In this document: positions 39,951 to 53,247 of the stretch, piece by piece
Numbering within the stretch: position 1 is the first letter of the stretch
How the letters are laid out: each line of letters begins with the position of its first letter
Assembly: GCF_006345805.1 (NCBI RefSeq)
Contig: NC_043010.1
Coordinates: 64,046,001 to 64,110,000, forward strand
Reading direction: 5' to 3'
Length of the DNA: 64,000 bases
From: Octopus sinensis
Lineage: Eukaryota
Translations under genes and position numbers: made by a program
Notes under the pieces: generated by a model
Told to the model about the DNA's origin: nothing
The model's database searches: none
What the model saw: the letters and a program-made list of their open reading frames with translations, nothing else

Positions 39951-41046
39951 CTTCCTGACAATTCATTAATGCAGTCTCTCATAGTTTCTCTTCATTGTAT
40001 CCGACTCATGCATTGTTCGCTTTCCAGACATTTGTACATTACTGCATATACTCTGACAAGTTGTGGTGCACCTGAGCACTGTATACAATAATTTCATTAT
40101 TATTATTATTATTGTCAGTTTCCCTTTTTTTAATCTTTTTCATCCAACAGTGCACATGGCACTTGTTAATGTTGTCCTTTCCCTAACAATCTTTATTCCT
40201 CTGTGTATGCCAGGCAGCCATCACCCTTCCTTTCTTAGAATTTTAGTAATGGCACATTACTGTTCCTTGGAACCTATTGTTTGCCTACAAGGAAGAGCAA
40301 GAAGAACAGTATCTATAAAGGAAGACTTATTCCACCAACATGTCTGTTAATAAGAAAGTTATGCCCACTGTTACATTACTTTTGGTACAATCCACATGTG
40401 CATGCATGTGTGAGTATCCATGCATGTGTGTGTATGCATGTATGCCTCAGTGTGTGTGTGTGTAAGACTGTTTTGTCATTGATGAAGACTTCACCTTCAT
40501 ATAAGTATGTCAAGGGCAGATCATCCTGGCAGAGCTATCCAATGTGTTCTTTCTATTTTTAAGTTGCATAGACTGTAATTTGAGGGTAATTTGACTGCTA
40601 TTCCTAGTAGTTGAACGACCATGTCGAGACTCCATTGTTGGTGTGTAAAATGAGATATAATGGGAAGTTGTGACGTTAAAGAAGGAAATATGATATAAAG
40701 ATAAAGACAATCTCTGCAGCAGAGATGAACGTTTAATATAATGACATAAACATCACGTATGTAGCTGATGGCTCTGTGTGCTATTCGATGCCCCAGCGGA
40801 GAAACATCTATGCAAGAGGCAGAGAAGCTTTTTATATTTGAAGAAGTAGAGAGCCTGCTTATATTTAAAAGCTGCATTGATTGAATGTGATAAGGCCAAA
40901 TTTTATAAAAATATGCAGAAAAATGTTATTATATTTGTTGTGAAAATGTAATTATATATTTTGAAGTAAGAAATAAAGTTTAAACTGACTGTCTCTCTCA
41001 TTCACACACTCTCTCTATGTATGTGTTATATATGCACTGAAATGCA

Positions 41047-41081
<35 letters not shown>

Positions 41082-41814
41082 TATGTGTGTGTGTGTATGT
41101 GTGTGTGCATGTGTGTGTATATATATGTATATATACATACATACATATATATATATATGAATATGTGTGTGTGTGTATGTGTGTATATATATGTATATAT
41201 ACATACATACATATATATATGATAACAGCTTGGGGTCCCTTGCTCCCACTGGTTCTACTGCTCACCCTGACACTAATCAAGGGTACATCTGCACCCCCAA
41301 CACTCAGGCAGATGATCATTTCCTATGCTAGTTAACCCATAGCTGGGAGCTTGATAGTTGTTACTACTCCAGGTCAGAGTAAACTTGGAAACAATAGCAG
41401 CTAAGAGATGGTTACCCTCTTCTCCAATCCTTAGCCCTCCTGAATTAAAGCCCCTCAACTGGATGCAGTTTAAAGTCATAACCAAGTGAAAGGGACATTC
41501 ATTTGGCCATGAAGTAGGTTTTATGGGATTCCTAGTCATCTTGTTCCTGCCTGTCACAAAGTATTAATCATAGAGACTCAGAGAATGACACTTGTATGGT
41601 ACAAAAATTTATCACTATCATCCGAGGACTTAGAGATATTTCCTTATGGCAACATCGTTTGTCATTCCATCTATTGAAAGTCCTATGACAACAGAGAAGT
41701 GGTAGCATGTACAGACCTAAGTATTTGGAAGTGTTTAGTAACTTACTGTTTTTGTCCGTCTCCTATACTTTAAACCATAAAGTGTCTGCAATGGGATTGA
41801 ATTGTCATCTTAGT

Positions 41815-42110
41815 GGAGGCGCAATGGCCCTGTGGTTAGGGCAGCGGACTCGCGGTCATAGGATCGCGGTTTCGATTCCCAGACCGGGCGTTGTGAGTGT
41901 TTATTGAGCGAAAACACCTAAAAGCTCCACGAGGCTCCGGCAGGGGATGGTGGTGATCCCTGCTGTACTCTTTCACCACAACTTTCTCTCACTCTTACTT
42001 CCTGTTTCTGTTGTACCTGTATTTCAAAGGGCCGGCCTTGTCACTCTCTGTGTCATGCTGAATATCCCCGAGAACTACGTTAAGGGTACACGTGGCTGTG
42101 GAGTGCTCAG
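41815..42110 (+). mobile_element. SINE family C, tail type 2 (3' truncated)
   Basis: Matches the reverse complement of 26501-26887. Confidence 0.85.
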
Positions 42111-42891
42111 GACATGTCATTTCTGAACCCACCGAAAAGTTGTCAGTCAATATACTCGCCTTTGAGGCAGTCAGTGTTGCATCTAACATAACCCATCATA
42201 TGGTTGAGAGTCAAATGAATGGGGGTGTAATGGAGATATTGTACATAAAATGGGTACATTTTAGAAAGGGGTTGCAATCGGAGATGGTAACGGGAAAGTG
42301 AACTGTTGAAATGTTGCAGAAGGCAAAGGGTTGACATTGGATTGCTGGTGTGGCTGTAGAATAAGAAACATAGAGTGAACCTAGGCAGTCACATGAGAAT
42401 ATATAGTAATGAATTACTTGAAAAAATAAGGCAAAATTGCTTACCCCCTGGTATGTATATAGTAGATCTGTATTTTTGTATGCAGAGTAAATTAACAAAA
42501 TATAAGCAAATGAATGAAATAGAAGCTCATGTATGGAACTGCTAATTTAACGGTAAATGCCACAATAATTATTGTTCGGCTAATGGCAGTGCTCCAGCAT
42601 GGCCTTAAATGACTCAAACAAGTAAAAATTTAGAGGAATGCACACACACACATACAAACGCACACACACACATATATATATACACACATATATATATATA
42701 CACATATATATATACTTATATATATATATATAAATCTTTGAGCAAGGTATAAACAGTAGCTGCAACACATCGTGAAGTATATTTGCCATTTAAATATGGC
42801 TAACCCCTAAGGGTGGATGCTACTGTAGCTTGTAGCCCCAGGAGGACACCTTCTCCGGCTGGTTATAGACACACTTTCTGTGCCCTACCTG

Positions 42892-43024
42892 TATTTGCAA
42901 AGAGAAGCCATCCTTCCCGTCTTCAACCTATGATACACACGGACTTGTGTTTCTGGGTATTGACCTGTCATCAGCGTGTGACAATCATGGCCGTCGATGA
43001 AAAGTAGGCTTTCCTCTGCAAATA
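42892..43024 (-). ncRNA. Type I hammerhead ribozyme at the apex of a long imperfect hairpin
   Basis: Minus strand reads CACACG-CUGAUGA-CAGGUCAAUACCCA-GAAAC-ACAA-GUC/CGUGUG. Stem I is 6 perfect bp, extended by AUGAU/AUCAU after a bulge. The core is intact with a GUC triplet, and the predicted cut is between 42942 and 42941. Stem II is weak (GGU/ACC). Flanks 42892-42909 and 43007-43024 are complementary. Confidence 0.72.
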
Positions 43025-43067
43025 TATATCCCTTTTCCAGTGATGTAAAGACACTGATATTGAATAT

Positions 43068-43123
<56 letters not shown>

Positions 43124-43693
43124 GAGTGGATTTGGTAGGCAGAAACTGAAAGAAGCTTGTCTCATAAGTAGAAATCTATACATGTTTGTTTTTTTAGCAT
43201 TTCCGCTTGTCGCCCAACACCGTTTGATAACCGATGTTGGTTTGTCTACATCCTCATAACCAAAAAAACATTCCCAGAGTAAGTATGAAGCTTAAAAAAG
43301 TGAATGCTTCTGTGGTTGTTTTGTTTAAAAATAACATGTACATACATACACACATATATATATATATACACACACAATGAAAGCTGAAATTTGAGATATA
43401 CCACTTCTGCATTGCATTAAGTAAGCACTCCATGTTCGGCAAAAAAAAAAAAAAAAAAAAAAAACTTGAGTAGGCATTATGAACCCCACTATAATTTTGC
43501 ATGATTTGGGTCAAAAGTAGTGTTAGATTTCTTCAGTTGGTGACGTTTTTGTAAAAAATTTAAATAAAGGTTATTTTCCCTACTTATATGAAATTGTTCA
43601 GCGACTTTTGATACAGGAAATTGTTTACTTCCCCAAAAATCAAAAAGTCATAACCTTAATACACACACACACACACACAAACACAAACACACA

Positions 43694-43964
43694 CAGGGTG
43701 CAATGGTTGTCAGGCAATTTCTGCGACCACATCACCCCTAGCATCTGGCCACCTAACACCCCAGACTGCAACCCCGTTGATTATTATATGTGGAGTGCAG
43801 TTGAGAGAGGGACCAACAAAACTCCCTGTGATACCAAAGATGAACTGAAGGCAAGGATTACGGAAGCATTAACCAACTTAAACAAGGGGACCGTCCAGAA
43901 GAGTTGCAGATCCCGAAGTTGTCTGGAGATCGTGGTTGAAGCCAATGGCGATTTTATTGAATAA
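43694..43964 (+). mobile_element. Tc1/mariner (maT/DD37D-like) transposase C-terminal fragment
   Basis: IWPPNTPDCNPVDYYMWSAVERGTNK..KDELKARI..LEIVVEANGDFIE*. Confidence 0.8.
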
Positions 43965-43996
43965 ATGCTGGAAAATACAGAAATTGAAATGTGTAA

Positions 43997-44873
43997 TATG
44001 TGGGGCTACCCCAAAGTAGCCCGTTGTAGTTAGGGTTTCTGCTGCTAGAAGCCACTTGATGCGGTCCTCAGGCATCAGTATGGTATGCCGACTGGCGTCG
44101 TCGAGTGTAGTCCTACTGCCATGTTGTGAGTCTTTGCTTTGCAGTGCTTTCCCCGCTGTTCGTCGATTTTTGCGATGACTGAAGCGAAGGAACAGCGTGC
44201 TTCCATGAAATTGTGTTTTCTGCTGGGGAAAACGGCGGCCAAAACAGTTGTCATGCTTCAAACAACTTACAAAGACGTTGCCATGAGCAAAACACAAGGT
44301 TACGAATGGTTTTCATGCTTTAGGAATGGTCCCTTGTTGCTTGAAGACCAGACTCTTTCAGGGCGACCGTCGACCTCCCGAACGAATGAAAATTCATGAA
44401 CTGATCTTGGAGGACCATCACCCAACAACTGACGAACTTGTTGATATGACTGGTGTGTCCTGGAGCTCCTATTAACGAATTTTGAACGAGGGATTCCGAA
44501 TGAAAAGAGTTGCCACAAAATTTGTACCTCGCTTGCTCACGGAAGATCAAAAGCAGTCACGGCTGAATGCGTGTCGTGAACTGAAACAACGGTTGGAAAT
44601 TGATCCTAACCTTTTTTCGAAGGTCATCACTGGTGACGAAAGCTGGTACTACGGAATTTGCAGATGTGGAAGAGATGAAGCAAAAAGACGACAGAGGCGT
44701 TAAAAGGCATCAGTTCGCAAGAGTTCCAGCACTGTTTCGAACTGTGGAAAACGCGTCTGGACGGATGCATTAATTCAAATTGAGAATACTCTGAAGGCGA
44801 CAAAAGCGTAAACATGTAAAAGTGAATAAAATAATACTGCAAAATTCCGGTTTCTTTTGGGTACCTCGTCGTA
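43997..44873 (+). mobile_element. Internally deleted mariner element
   Basis: EQRASMKLCFLLGKTAAKT..YEWFS..SGRPSTS, FVPRLL, ITGDESW and the C-terminus. Degenerate TIRs are bounded by TA. The region after the first catalytic Asp is deleted. Confidence 0.85.
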
Positions 44874-44944
44874 TGTTGACAATTTTACAGTTGAAAGCCT
44901 CATTAAGATGAATTGAAAATATGTTGTTCTTTAAGTAAATAGAA

Positions 44945-45145
44945 CAGTGGTTTTCAACCAGGGTTCCACCAGTACAGTCCAGGAGTTCCGCAAGAAGTTA
45001 CAAAACTGCTAATATCGGCAGTAATTTTTAATTCTCCTGTGCAGATATGTGTGTATAAGACTATTAAATTATGGCACAGGGGTTCCCCGAGCCAGTGGAA
45101 TGTTTCCTTGGGGTTCCGCTCCAGCAAAAAAATTGAAAAGCACTG
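44945..45145. mobile_element. hAT (Charlie-like) MITE
   Basis: TIRs CAGTGGTTTTCAA / TTGAAAAGCACTG; 8-bp TSD AAATAGAA / AAATAGAC. Confidence 0.75.
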
Positions 45146-46178
45146 AAATAGACAAATAATTAGGAATCTTCTTACAGATCTGTTTCAGGGATAATTGTCT
45201 CCCACCAGAGAAGAGAGATGTAATATTATTTTTAGGTTACCCAGAGAACTTGAAATTATTACATACAGCACTAATTTATTAGGATTAACATTAACAGGTA
45301 CCCTAATATGTCTTATGATTTGTCCATTAGCAAACCACATTCTAAATTCAAAATATACACAAGGCAGACAAATTTATGAAATCCATAGGTGCAGAGTTAA
45401 TTACGTTATATAGAGGTGTGACTAGTACTTTATCTTATTGATACTGGAAAAATGAAAGGGAATGTTGACTCTGACAGAATTTGAACACTGGATATAAAGT
45501 ACCAATTTAAATACGGCAAGGCATTTCATCTGACACTCAAATAATTCTACCAATCCACCACCAGCACAACCAGAGTTACTGCCACCACTGCCGCCGCCAT
45601 CACCACCACCACCACTGCCGCTACTGCTACTACTACTACTACTACTACTATACCACCACCAATACTACTACCACCACTACTACTACAAGGCCTGAAATTT
45701 TGTGGGAGTGGGGGTTAGTCGACTATATCGACCCCAATGCTCATCTGGTACTTATTTAATCGACCCCGGCGAAATTTGAACTCAGAACGTAACGGCAGAC
45801 GAAATACCGCTAAGCATTTCGCCCGGCGTGCTAACAATTCTGCTAGCTCGCCGCCTTATGATGACGATGATGATGATAAATAAATCAACAATGTGTGACC
45901 ATCAATAGGGAGGAGACGTTCGAGGGCTGCCCATGAAAAAAAAACCATAAAAAAAAACTATGGTTACCTAGACTTTTGAAGCAGACAAAAAAGAGCAAAA
46001 CAGTTAGAAAAGAATGCCAGCAGGGACAGATCTTCCCACCACAACTTTCATGTCCACAACCATTGATTTCTAGCGCAACACCTTTACCCATTTGGCTATT
46101 ACAGGCAACTGAGGCAGCCTTCACATCGTCACTAGATGTGTTTGAAACTGCAACTAAATCTCCCTCAAATCATACTCA

Positions 46179-46313
46179 GGCGCAGGAGTGGCTGTGTGGT
46201 AAGTAGCTTGCTAACCAACCACATGGTTCCGGGTTCAGTCCCACTGCGTGGCATCTTGGGCAAGTTTCTTCTGCTATAGCCCCGGCCGAACTGAAAGAAG
46301 CCTGTCGTATATA

Positions 46314-46346
<33 letters not shown>

Positions 46347-46632
46347 GTATATATATATATAATATATATATATACATATATATATATATAATATGTATAT
46401 ATAATATATATATATATATATATGTTGTGTGTGTGTGTGTGTTTTTGTCCCCCTAGCATTGCTTGACAACCGATGCTGGTGTGTTTACGTCCCCGTCACT
46501 TAGCGGTTCGGCAAAAGAGACCGATAGAATAAGTACTGTGCTTACAAAGAATAAGTCCCGGGGTCGATTTGCTCGACTAAAGGCGGTGCTCCAGCATGGC
46601 CGCAGTCAAATGACTGAAACAAGTAAAAGAGT
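46179..46632 (+). mobile_element. SINE family B, near-intact
   Basis: GGCGCAGGAGTGGCTGTGTGGTAAG head to GAAACAAGTAAAAGAG tail. Confidence 0.85.
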
Positions 46633-47321
46633 ATTGTTTTGAAAAAAAAACAAACAAACAAAAAAAAGAAAAAAAGCCAGTATGGATATTGTCCTTGGTT
46701 CCCAGCATCTAGGAAAGAAAAAGATAAGATGTTGATGGGCGGAATGCTTTTGATGAGAAAGTCAATTTCAGGGATTAAATGGTATATTATTAAACTGAAT
46801 AGAAGTCGAACAGGACCGATCAGGAGTTAATGACAAAAACCATCATCACCATCACAATCGCCCACGACAGTTCCACCACCACCACCACCACCACCACCGC
46901 CGCCTCCATTGCTACGGCTGCTACCACTGCCTTTGCCGCCGCCACCACCTTCACTACCACCACCACCACCACCACGAAATGTCAGATTTGTTTTTTATTT
47001 ATTTCTCCTTAAGTTTCTAAATGTCACAGTCGTTGATAACAGGGAGAATGATGCAGTTGTGTGTTTTGAAGTGTTCCAGACATAAGTATTTATCCAAACC
47101 AATAACTTTTCATGTTAAATGTTATCCTGATGTAGAGTGTAACAGCTGGTTTCGTTGTCGTGGTTGTTGTTGTTGTTGTTGATGTTGTCGCTGTCTACCC
47201 TATATTATTCAAACTGGTCTCTTTAATCATTTACCTCTGTAAATTTGCCCAGCTATTCGACTCTCAACACTGGATGTGTGAAGGACAGAGATGTAAGATT
47301 GTATGCATGCGAGTATCTACG

Positions 47322-47541
47322 TACGCGGGTTGCTGAAAAGTTCTTGGTTTTGGGTTAAAGAAAATACAGAAGGATCAGTTAATTATGATTTTATTTAACA
47401 TATTCCCCTCTCAGATTCACACACTTATTGTAGCGGTCCTTCAGTTTTTCTAAGCTCTGTAAAAGAACTCGGAGGGTTTGACCTCCGACCAAACCTTTCG
47501 CGACACCCTTAAACTCAGAAACTTTCCAGCACCCCTTCGTA
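47322..47541. mobile_element. Mariner-derived MITE
   Basis: TA-bounded TIRs (TACGCGGGTTGCTGAAAAGTT / AACTTTCCAGCACCCCTTCGTA); minus strand retains NKCVNLRGEYVK*. Confidence 0.75.
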
Positions 47542-47982
47542 TGTATGTATGTATGTATGTATTATTATGTATGTATGTATGTATGTATGTATGTATGTGT
47601 GTGTTTTGTGTATGTATGTATGTATGTATGTATGTATGTATGTATGTATGTATGTAGTATGTATGGGTGTGTTGTGTGTATGTATGTATGTATGTATGTA
47701 TGTATGTATGTGTGTGTGTGTGTAGTATGTAGTATGTATGTATGTGTGTGTGTTTATGTATGTTGTATGTATGTATATATAAATGTGTAATAAAGTGTGC
47801 CTGTGTACAATATAATATTGACTTGTGAACCTTTGACATACATGATAGCATATGTTATGGTTGCAAACGAAATAGCGTCCTTGTTAGCAATTAATATGTA
47901 CATACCAGTTGCCAGGAATGTGTTTAATATGTAAATCAGTGTATCCAGTTGTGTTACATAGCTAAACTATTCGGTATTATTA

Positions 47983-48185
47983 GGCGGCGAGCTGGCAGAA
48001 ACGTTAGCACGCCGGGCGAAATGCGTAGCCGTATTTCGTCTGCCGTTACGTTCTGGTTTCAAATTCCGCCGAGGTCGACTTTGCCTTTCGATAAATTAAG
48101 TACCATTTACGCACTGGGGTCGATGTAATCGACTTAATCCGTTTGTCTCCTCTGTGTTTAGCCCCTTGTGGGTAGTAAAGAAATC
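47983..48185 (+). mobile_element. SINE family A with 19-bp target-site duplication
   Basis: AGCTAAACTATTCGGTATT occurs at 47960-47978 and 48186-48204. Confidence 0.9.
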
Positions 48186-48359
48186 AGCTAAACTATTCGG
48201 TATTTAAGCAATGCGTTCGTGAATAGTTCATGGATTGGATGTGATACTGATGAAAGAGCAATGATTCTTGAAATATGCACATACGCCCATTACCTAATTT
48301 TACTATCTTCGATCGCACTAGACGTATCACAAACGTATTCGTAGCGAAACGTCCAAACT

Positions 48360-49565
48360 TTCAGTGCTGGTCATCGCCACTACATTTAGTCATGAAGAAT
48401 ACCGCTGACAATAGGCGTCCTCAACAACTACACATTACCCGATTCGATACAATCCCTCAGTTTCACAATTTTTCTGTTTCGCTTCATGGAGCTCCTATAT
48501 TTGCGAAGATCGAAATCCCTGTCAGGCCGGCGGATAATCCGCAAACACCAACCACTATACCTTCCGGATTGTTTTGAATTTCTTCGGGTGCCTTTTGGCC
48601 TACGCAACGTCGTGCAGACGTTTCCGTGTTTTATCGGTTCTGTGATACGGGGGTTATGTGTTTATCGGTTATTTACTGGTAGCAAGTAATTCCGAAAAAG
48701 AACAAGAAAACATCTGCATCTCTTTTCCCAACGATTGACTGAATGCAGCATCGTTATAAAATCCAGCAATGTGTATTCGGAGTTACAGCTTTGTTATTCT
48801 TCGGCAGGGTCGGCTCAGGGTACCGGTAACTCGGGTAGTCGCCCGGGGTGCCATGTTCCAGGGCGTGACAAGGACAAGGCAATTTCCACAACTGTCAGCT
48901 TATACACGCCAAAGTTCAACTTGCCCGGGGCGCCAGCAACCCTAGGGCCGGTCCTGTTCCTCGGACACTATCATCGACAAGGAAGGAATCTGTCCATTCC
49001 TCAAGAAAGTGAAGACCATTGTAAATTTTCCATCACCTACATCGCTGCAGAAACTGTGTGAAGTTTTGGACTTGACAAATTTTCATCGCAGTTTCTTTCG
49101 TCACTGTACACAAACCACTCAACTACTCTCAGAAACTTCTTCGACACCGAGCTAAGAAAAACCAGCCAACAACCCTAAATGTAAACAAGTTCAACTCTTT
49201 TTCTGAACCCAAAGACTGAGACCTGAGGGTCATCTTTGTTTGTTGGTTGATGCATCCGATGTCGGAGTCAGAGCTGCGTTACAGCAGTTAGTCAATGACA
49301 TTTGGTAACGGTTGTCTTTCTTCTCCAAGCGATTGCAACCCGCTGAATCGAGATACTGCATTTTCGGACGGGTATTATAGGCAGCACACCTGACTGTCAA
49401 GCATTTTCGACACTTGCCAGATGGTTCCGGTTTTGGCTGTCTAAATGGATCATAAACCACTTGTATACACGTTTAACACAAAACCCGATCGCGACTAATC
49501 TAGGGAAATTCGCCGCTTCAGCTTTATATCTCAGTATACCGCAGACATATTCCACATCAAGCCTA
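48360..49565 (+). mobile_element. Ty3/Gypsy pol remnant (RT and RNase H), decayed
   Basis: WSSPLHLV, LHGAPIFAKI, GLFEFLRVPFGLRN, FLGH, LVDASDVGV..LQQ, FFSKRLQPAESRY, KHFRH, DHKPL across frameshifts and stops. Confidence 0.85.
48805..48956. mobile_element. hAT-type MITE inserted in the Gypsy RT
   Basis: TIRs CAGGGTCGGCTCAGGG / CCCTAGGGCCGGTCCTG; 8-bp TSD TTCTTCGG / TTCCTCGG. Confidence 0.75.
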
Positions 49566-49724
49566 GTACTGATTCTGTCCGTCACTTTTGTCGAACCGCT
49601 ACGTTACAGTGACGTAAACACACCAACACCGGTTGTCAAGCGATGGCGAGGTTCAAACACAGGCATAAAGACATATCTATCTATCTAACTTTCTATCTGT
49701 CTGTTTGTCTGTCTGTCATTCTGC

Positions 49725-49755
<31 letters not shown>

Positions 49756-50332
49756 CAACGGGCTTCTTTCAGTTTCCGTCTACCAAATCCACTCACAGGG
49801 CTTAGGTCGGCCCGAGGCTATAGCAGAAGACACTTGCCCAAGGTGCCACGCAGTGGGACTGAATTCAGAACGAGTGTGTGTGTGTTTGTTTCCTATCACT
49901 GCTTGACAAACGGCGTTCGTTTGTTTACGTTTACGCAACTTTGCGGTTCGGCATAAAAAAGATACCCTGTAAAATGGATATTGGGATCGATTCGTTAGAC
50001 TGAAATCTTTCAAGGCGGTGCCCCAGCATGGTCGCAGGCTAATGACCGAAATAACTAAATGACTATCTACCTACTTGTGATACACGATCCCTATTGATCG
50101 TTTTTTTTCCTCTTCCCCTTTTTTTCTTCTTTTTTCATTTCTTTTCTTTTGTTCCTTTTCCTTTTTTTTATTTTTTGTTCTTTTTCTCCCTTTTACGATC
50201 CCTTTTGATCGAAAACCTATGCCACCTTTTTTTTGTTTCTTTTGTTTTTTGTTCTCTTCATCCCCCAAAAGAAAAGCTCTACCTTGTAACTTGTCCCATC
50301 TGTGTGCAGCCCTGTGTGGCCAATAAAGAACT

Positions 50333-50400
50333 TATCTATCCATCTATCTGTCTATCTATCATCTATCTATCTATCTACTTATCTACTATCTATATCTATC

Positions 50401-50432
<32 letters not shown>

Positions 50433-50466
50433 CTCTATCTATCTATCTGTCTATCTATCTATCTCC

Positions 50467-50507
<41 letters not shown>

Positions 50508-50542
50508 CTTATCTATCTATCTATATCTATCTATCTATCTAC

Positions 50543-50592
<50 letters not shown>

Positions 50593-50612
50593 GTCTATCT
50601 ATCTATCCATCC

Positions 50613-50673
<61 letters not shown>

Positions 50674-50694
50674 CTTATCTATCTATCTATCTAC

Positions 50695-50784
<90 letters not shown>

Positions 50785-50804
50785 GTCTATCTATCTATCC
50801 ATCC

Positions 50805-50895
<91 letters not shown>
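50333..50895. repeat. (TATC)n tract
   Basis: Seen directly; further tracts at 52965-53270, 58277-58430 and 63690-63920. Confidence 0.95.
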
Positions 50896-50965
50896 GACCC
50901 ATCGATCGATCTGTTCTCATACACGTATACATATTTCTGTACCAATACACATACGCGTGTGTGCT

Positions 50966-51009
<44 letters not shown>

Positions 51010-52190
51010 AAACGTCACGACTAGGAAGAGAAGATAAGGAAACAGGAAAGATGAAGCAGGTAGAAGTATTTTCTCCATCCCCATCTCCCTCCCCTCACCC
51101 TTTACTTCAGCACCTCAACCCCCCCACCACGCCCCCACCCCGTCGGCCTCGTCTACACCCTCCCCACCAGCTACTCCTATGCCACTCTCGTTGTTTCTTG
51201 GCAGAGCTGAAACTACCCCGCACCCCTGCCGTTCTCTACCCCCCCGACCATCCCCCCTCCCAGATTGTGGCACCCCCGTTCCCGTTGTCTTCATACCTTC
51301 TTACTTATCACACCTACACCTTGTTTGCACAGTAACCCACTACCGCATCCAACACCACCACCTCCATCATCATCACCATCATCATTATTACCATCACCAT
51401 CACCACACCACCACCACCACCATCATCATCATCACCATCATCATTATTACATCACCACCACCACCACCACCACCATCATCATCATCATCTCTACCACCTC
51501 CACCACCACCACTACTACAACAACAATTACTACTACTACTACTACTACAACTACTACTACTACTGCTGCTGCTGCTGCCGTGCCTACCACTACAACCACC
51601 ACCACGGCCACTACCGCTATCACTACCACTGCCATTATCAGTTACCCCCCACCGTCATGTCGCTGCCACTGTTGCTTCCACAAAAAGAACAAAAAAAAAG
51701 AAAGAAAGAACAATAAACATGGAGTCTCTGCATGGTTGTTCATCTGGCTAGAAATAGCAGCCAAATTTCAAAAGTTATCTTTCTGTCTTTAAAGAAAAAA
51801 AGAAGACTTGAGACGGATAATGTGATCCTGGGTTCCCTCTTACAGTAAGATAGACAGAATGGTCGCAGCTGGAATGTCCTGGGGCTAAACAACAACAACG
51901 GCAACCACCACCACCACCACCATCACTAACACCACCACCACCACTACCATCACCAGCAGCATCACCACCATATCCTTATCACTACAATTTCCTTACAATA
52001 CAACAACCTTTGCCACTATCACCACTGGCGCTACATCATCATTATCATCATCATCATCATCGTCGTCGTCGACATCATTATCAACATCATTATTATCATC
52101 TGAAGCATCACTACCACTACCACCACAAGCACCAATTTAAAACCAAACCAGTGGTCTAGCATATTTAAAAGTCTGAAGTTTCAGAAAAAA

Positions 52191-52228
<38 letters not shown>

Positions 52229-52340
52229 TTTGCTTTCTGGAGAGAGTAATTCTCTTTTAGTGCCGTAAAAGGACAACAAGTATTAAGACAAGGCAAACGT
52301 CTCAAATCGCATAAAATATCATTATTGGAAAAAATTCAAA

Positions 52341-52395
52341 GTCTTACAGTTGTTTCTGAAATATCCCGAGTAAGGGATATTCCATCATCAGAGAC
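52341..52395 (-). ncRNA. Type I hammerhead ribozyme
   Basis: Minus strand reads GUCU-CUGAUGA-UGGAAUAUCCC-UUACUC-GGGAUAUUUCA-GAAAC-AACU-GUA/AGAC. Stem I is 4 bp, stem II 11 bp, stem III 2-3 bp, with a GUA triplet. Confidence 0.7.
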
Positions 52396-52907
52396 AAATA
52401 GGGTATAATATATATTATATATATATATAAGATATATATATATATATATAATTATAGGGAATATTATGTGTGTATATGTATGTATGTATATATATAACAC
52501 ACAATTGTATATACATATAAATACATACATACACACACACACACACACCACATATATATATATAATTATATGTAATATATATATATGCGAGTGTGTGTGG
52601 TGTGTAGGCACAAATACATACACATACGGGTGTGTAATTAAACTGTAGGTAAGATATAGAGTATAAAATAGAAACTTCCTTTTATGGTTATCACCCCACC
52701 CACACACACAATACACACTTTTATATATATACATGTATGTATGTAAATGTATATATACACATATGTATGTATGTATATATATACATGTATGTATGTAAAT
52801 GTATATATACACATATGTATGTATGTATATATATACATGTATATATGTAAATGTATATATACATATATATATGTAAATGTATGCATGCGTGTATATTTAT
52901 GTGTGTG

Positions 52908-52938
<31 letters not shown>

Positions 52939-53073
52939 AATGTAACTGTATGAATGTATGTATATCTATCTATCTATCTATCTATCTGTCCGTCTGTCTG
53001 TCTATCTATCTGTTCTGGTCTGGCTGTCTATCTATCTATATATCTATCCATCCATCCATCCATCTATCTATCC

Positions 53074-53105
<32 letters not shown>

Positions 53106-53180
53106 CTCTCTCTGTCCGTCTGTCTATCTATCCATCCATCCATCCATCCATCCATCCATCCATCCATCCATCCATCCATC

Positions 53181-53247
<67 letters not shown>

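Noticed and set aside
41815-41890. tRNA genes
   Set aside because: The A/B-box heads continue into SINE bodies and lack a complete cloverleaf.
48247-48284. CTGATGA-AAGAG/TTCTT-GAAA motif
   Set aside because: Stem II and a near-palindromic stem III are present, but no stem I can be formed in register. Kept only as a possible fossil.
50094-51024. Longest ORFs in the track (305 and 240 aa)
   Set aside because: They are translations of (TATC)n (YLSI repeats). The same applies to the YVCM/HTYI/IYIY ORFs at 24909, 32868-33419, 47450, 52336-53313, 55369-56516, 57637-58151 and 59216-59791.
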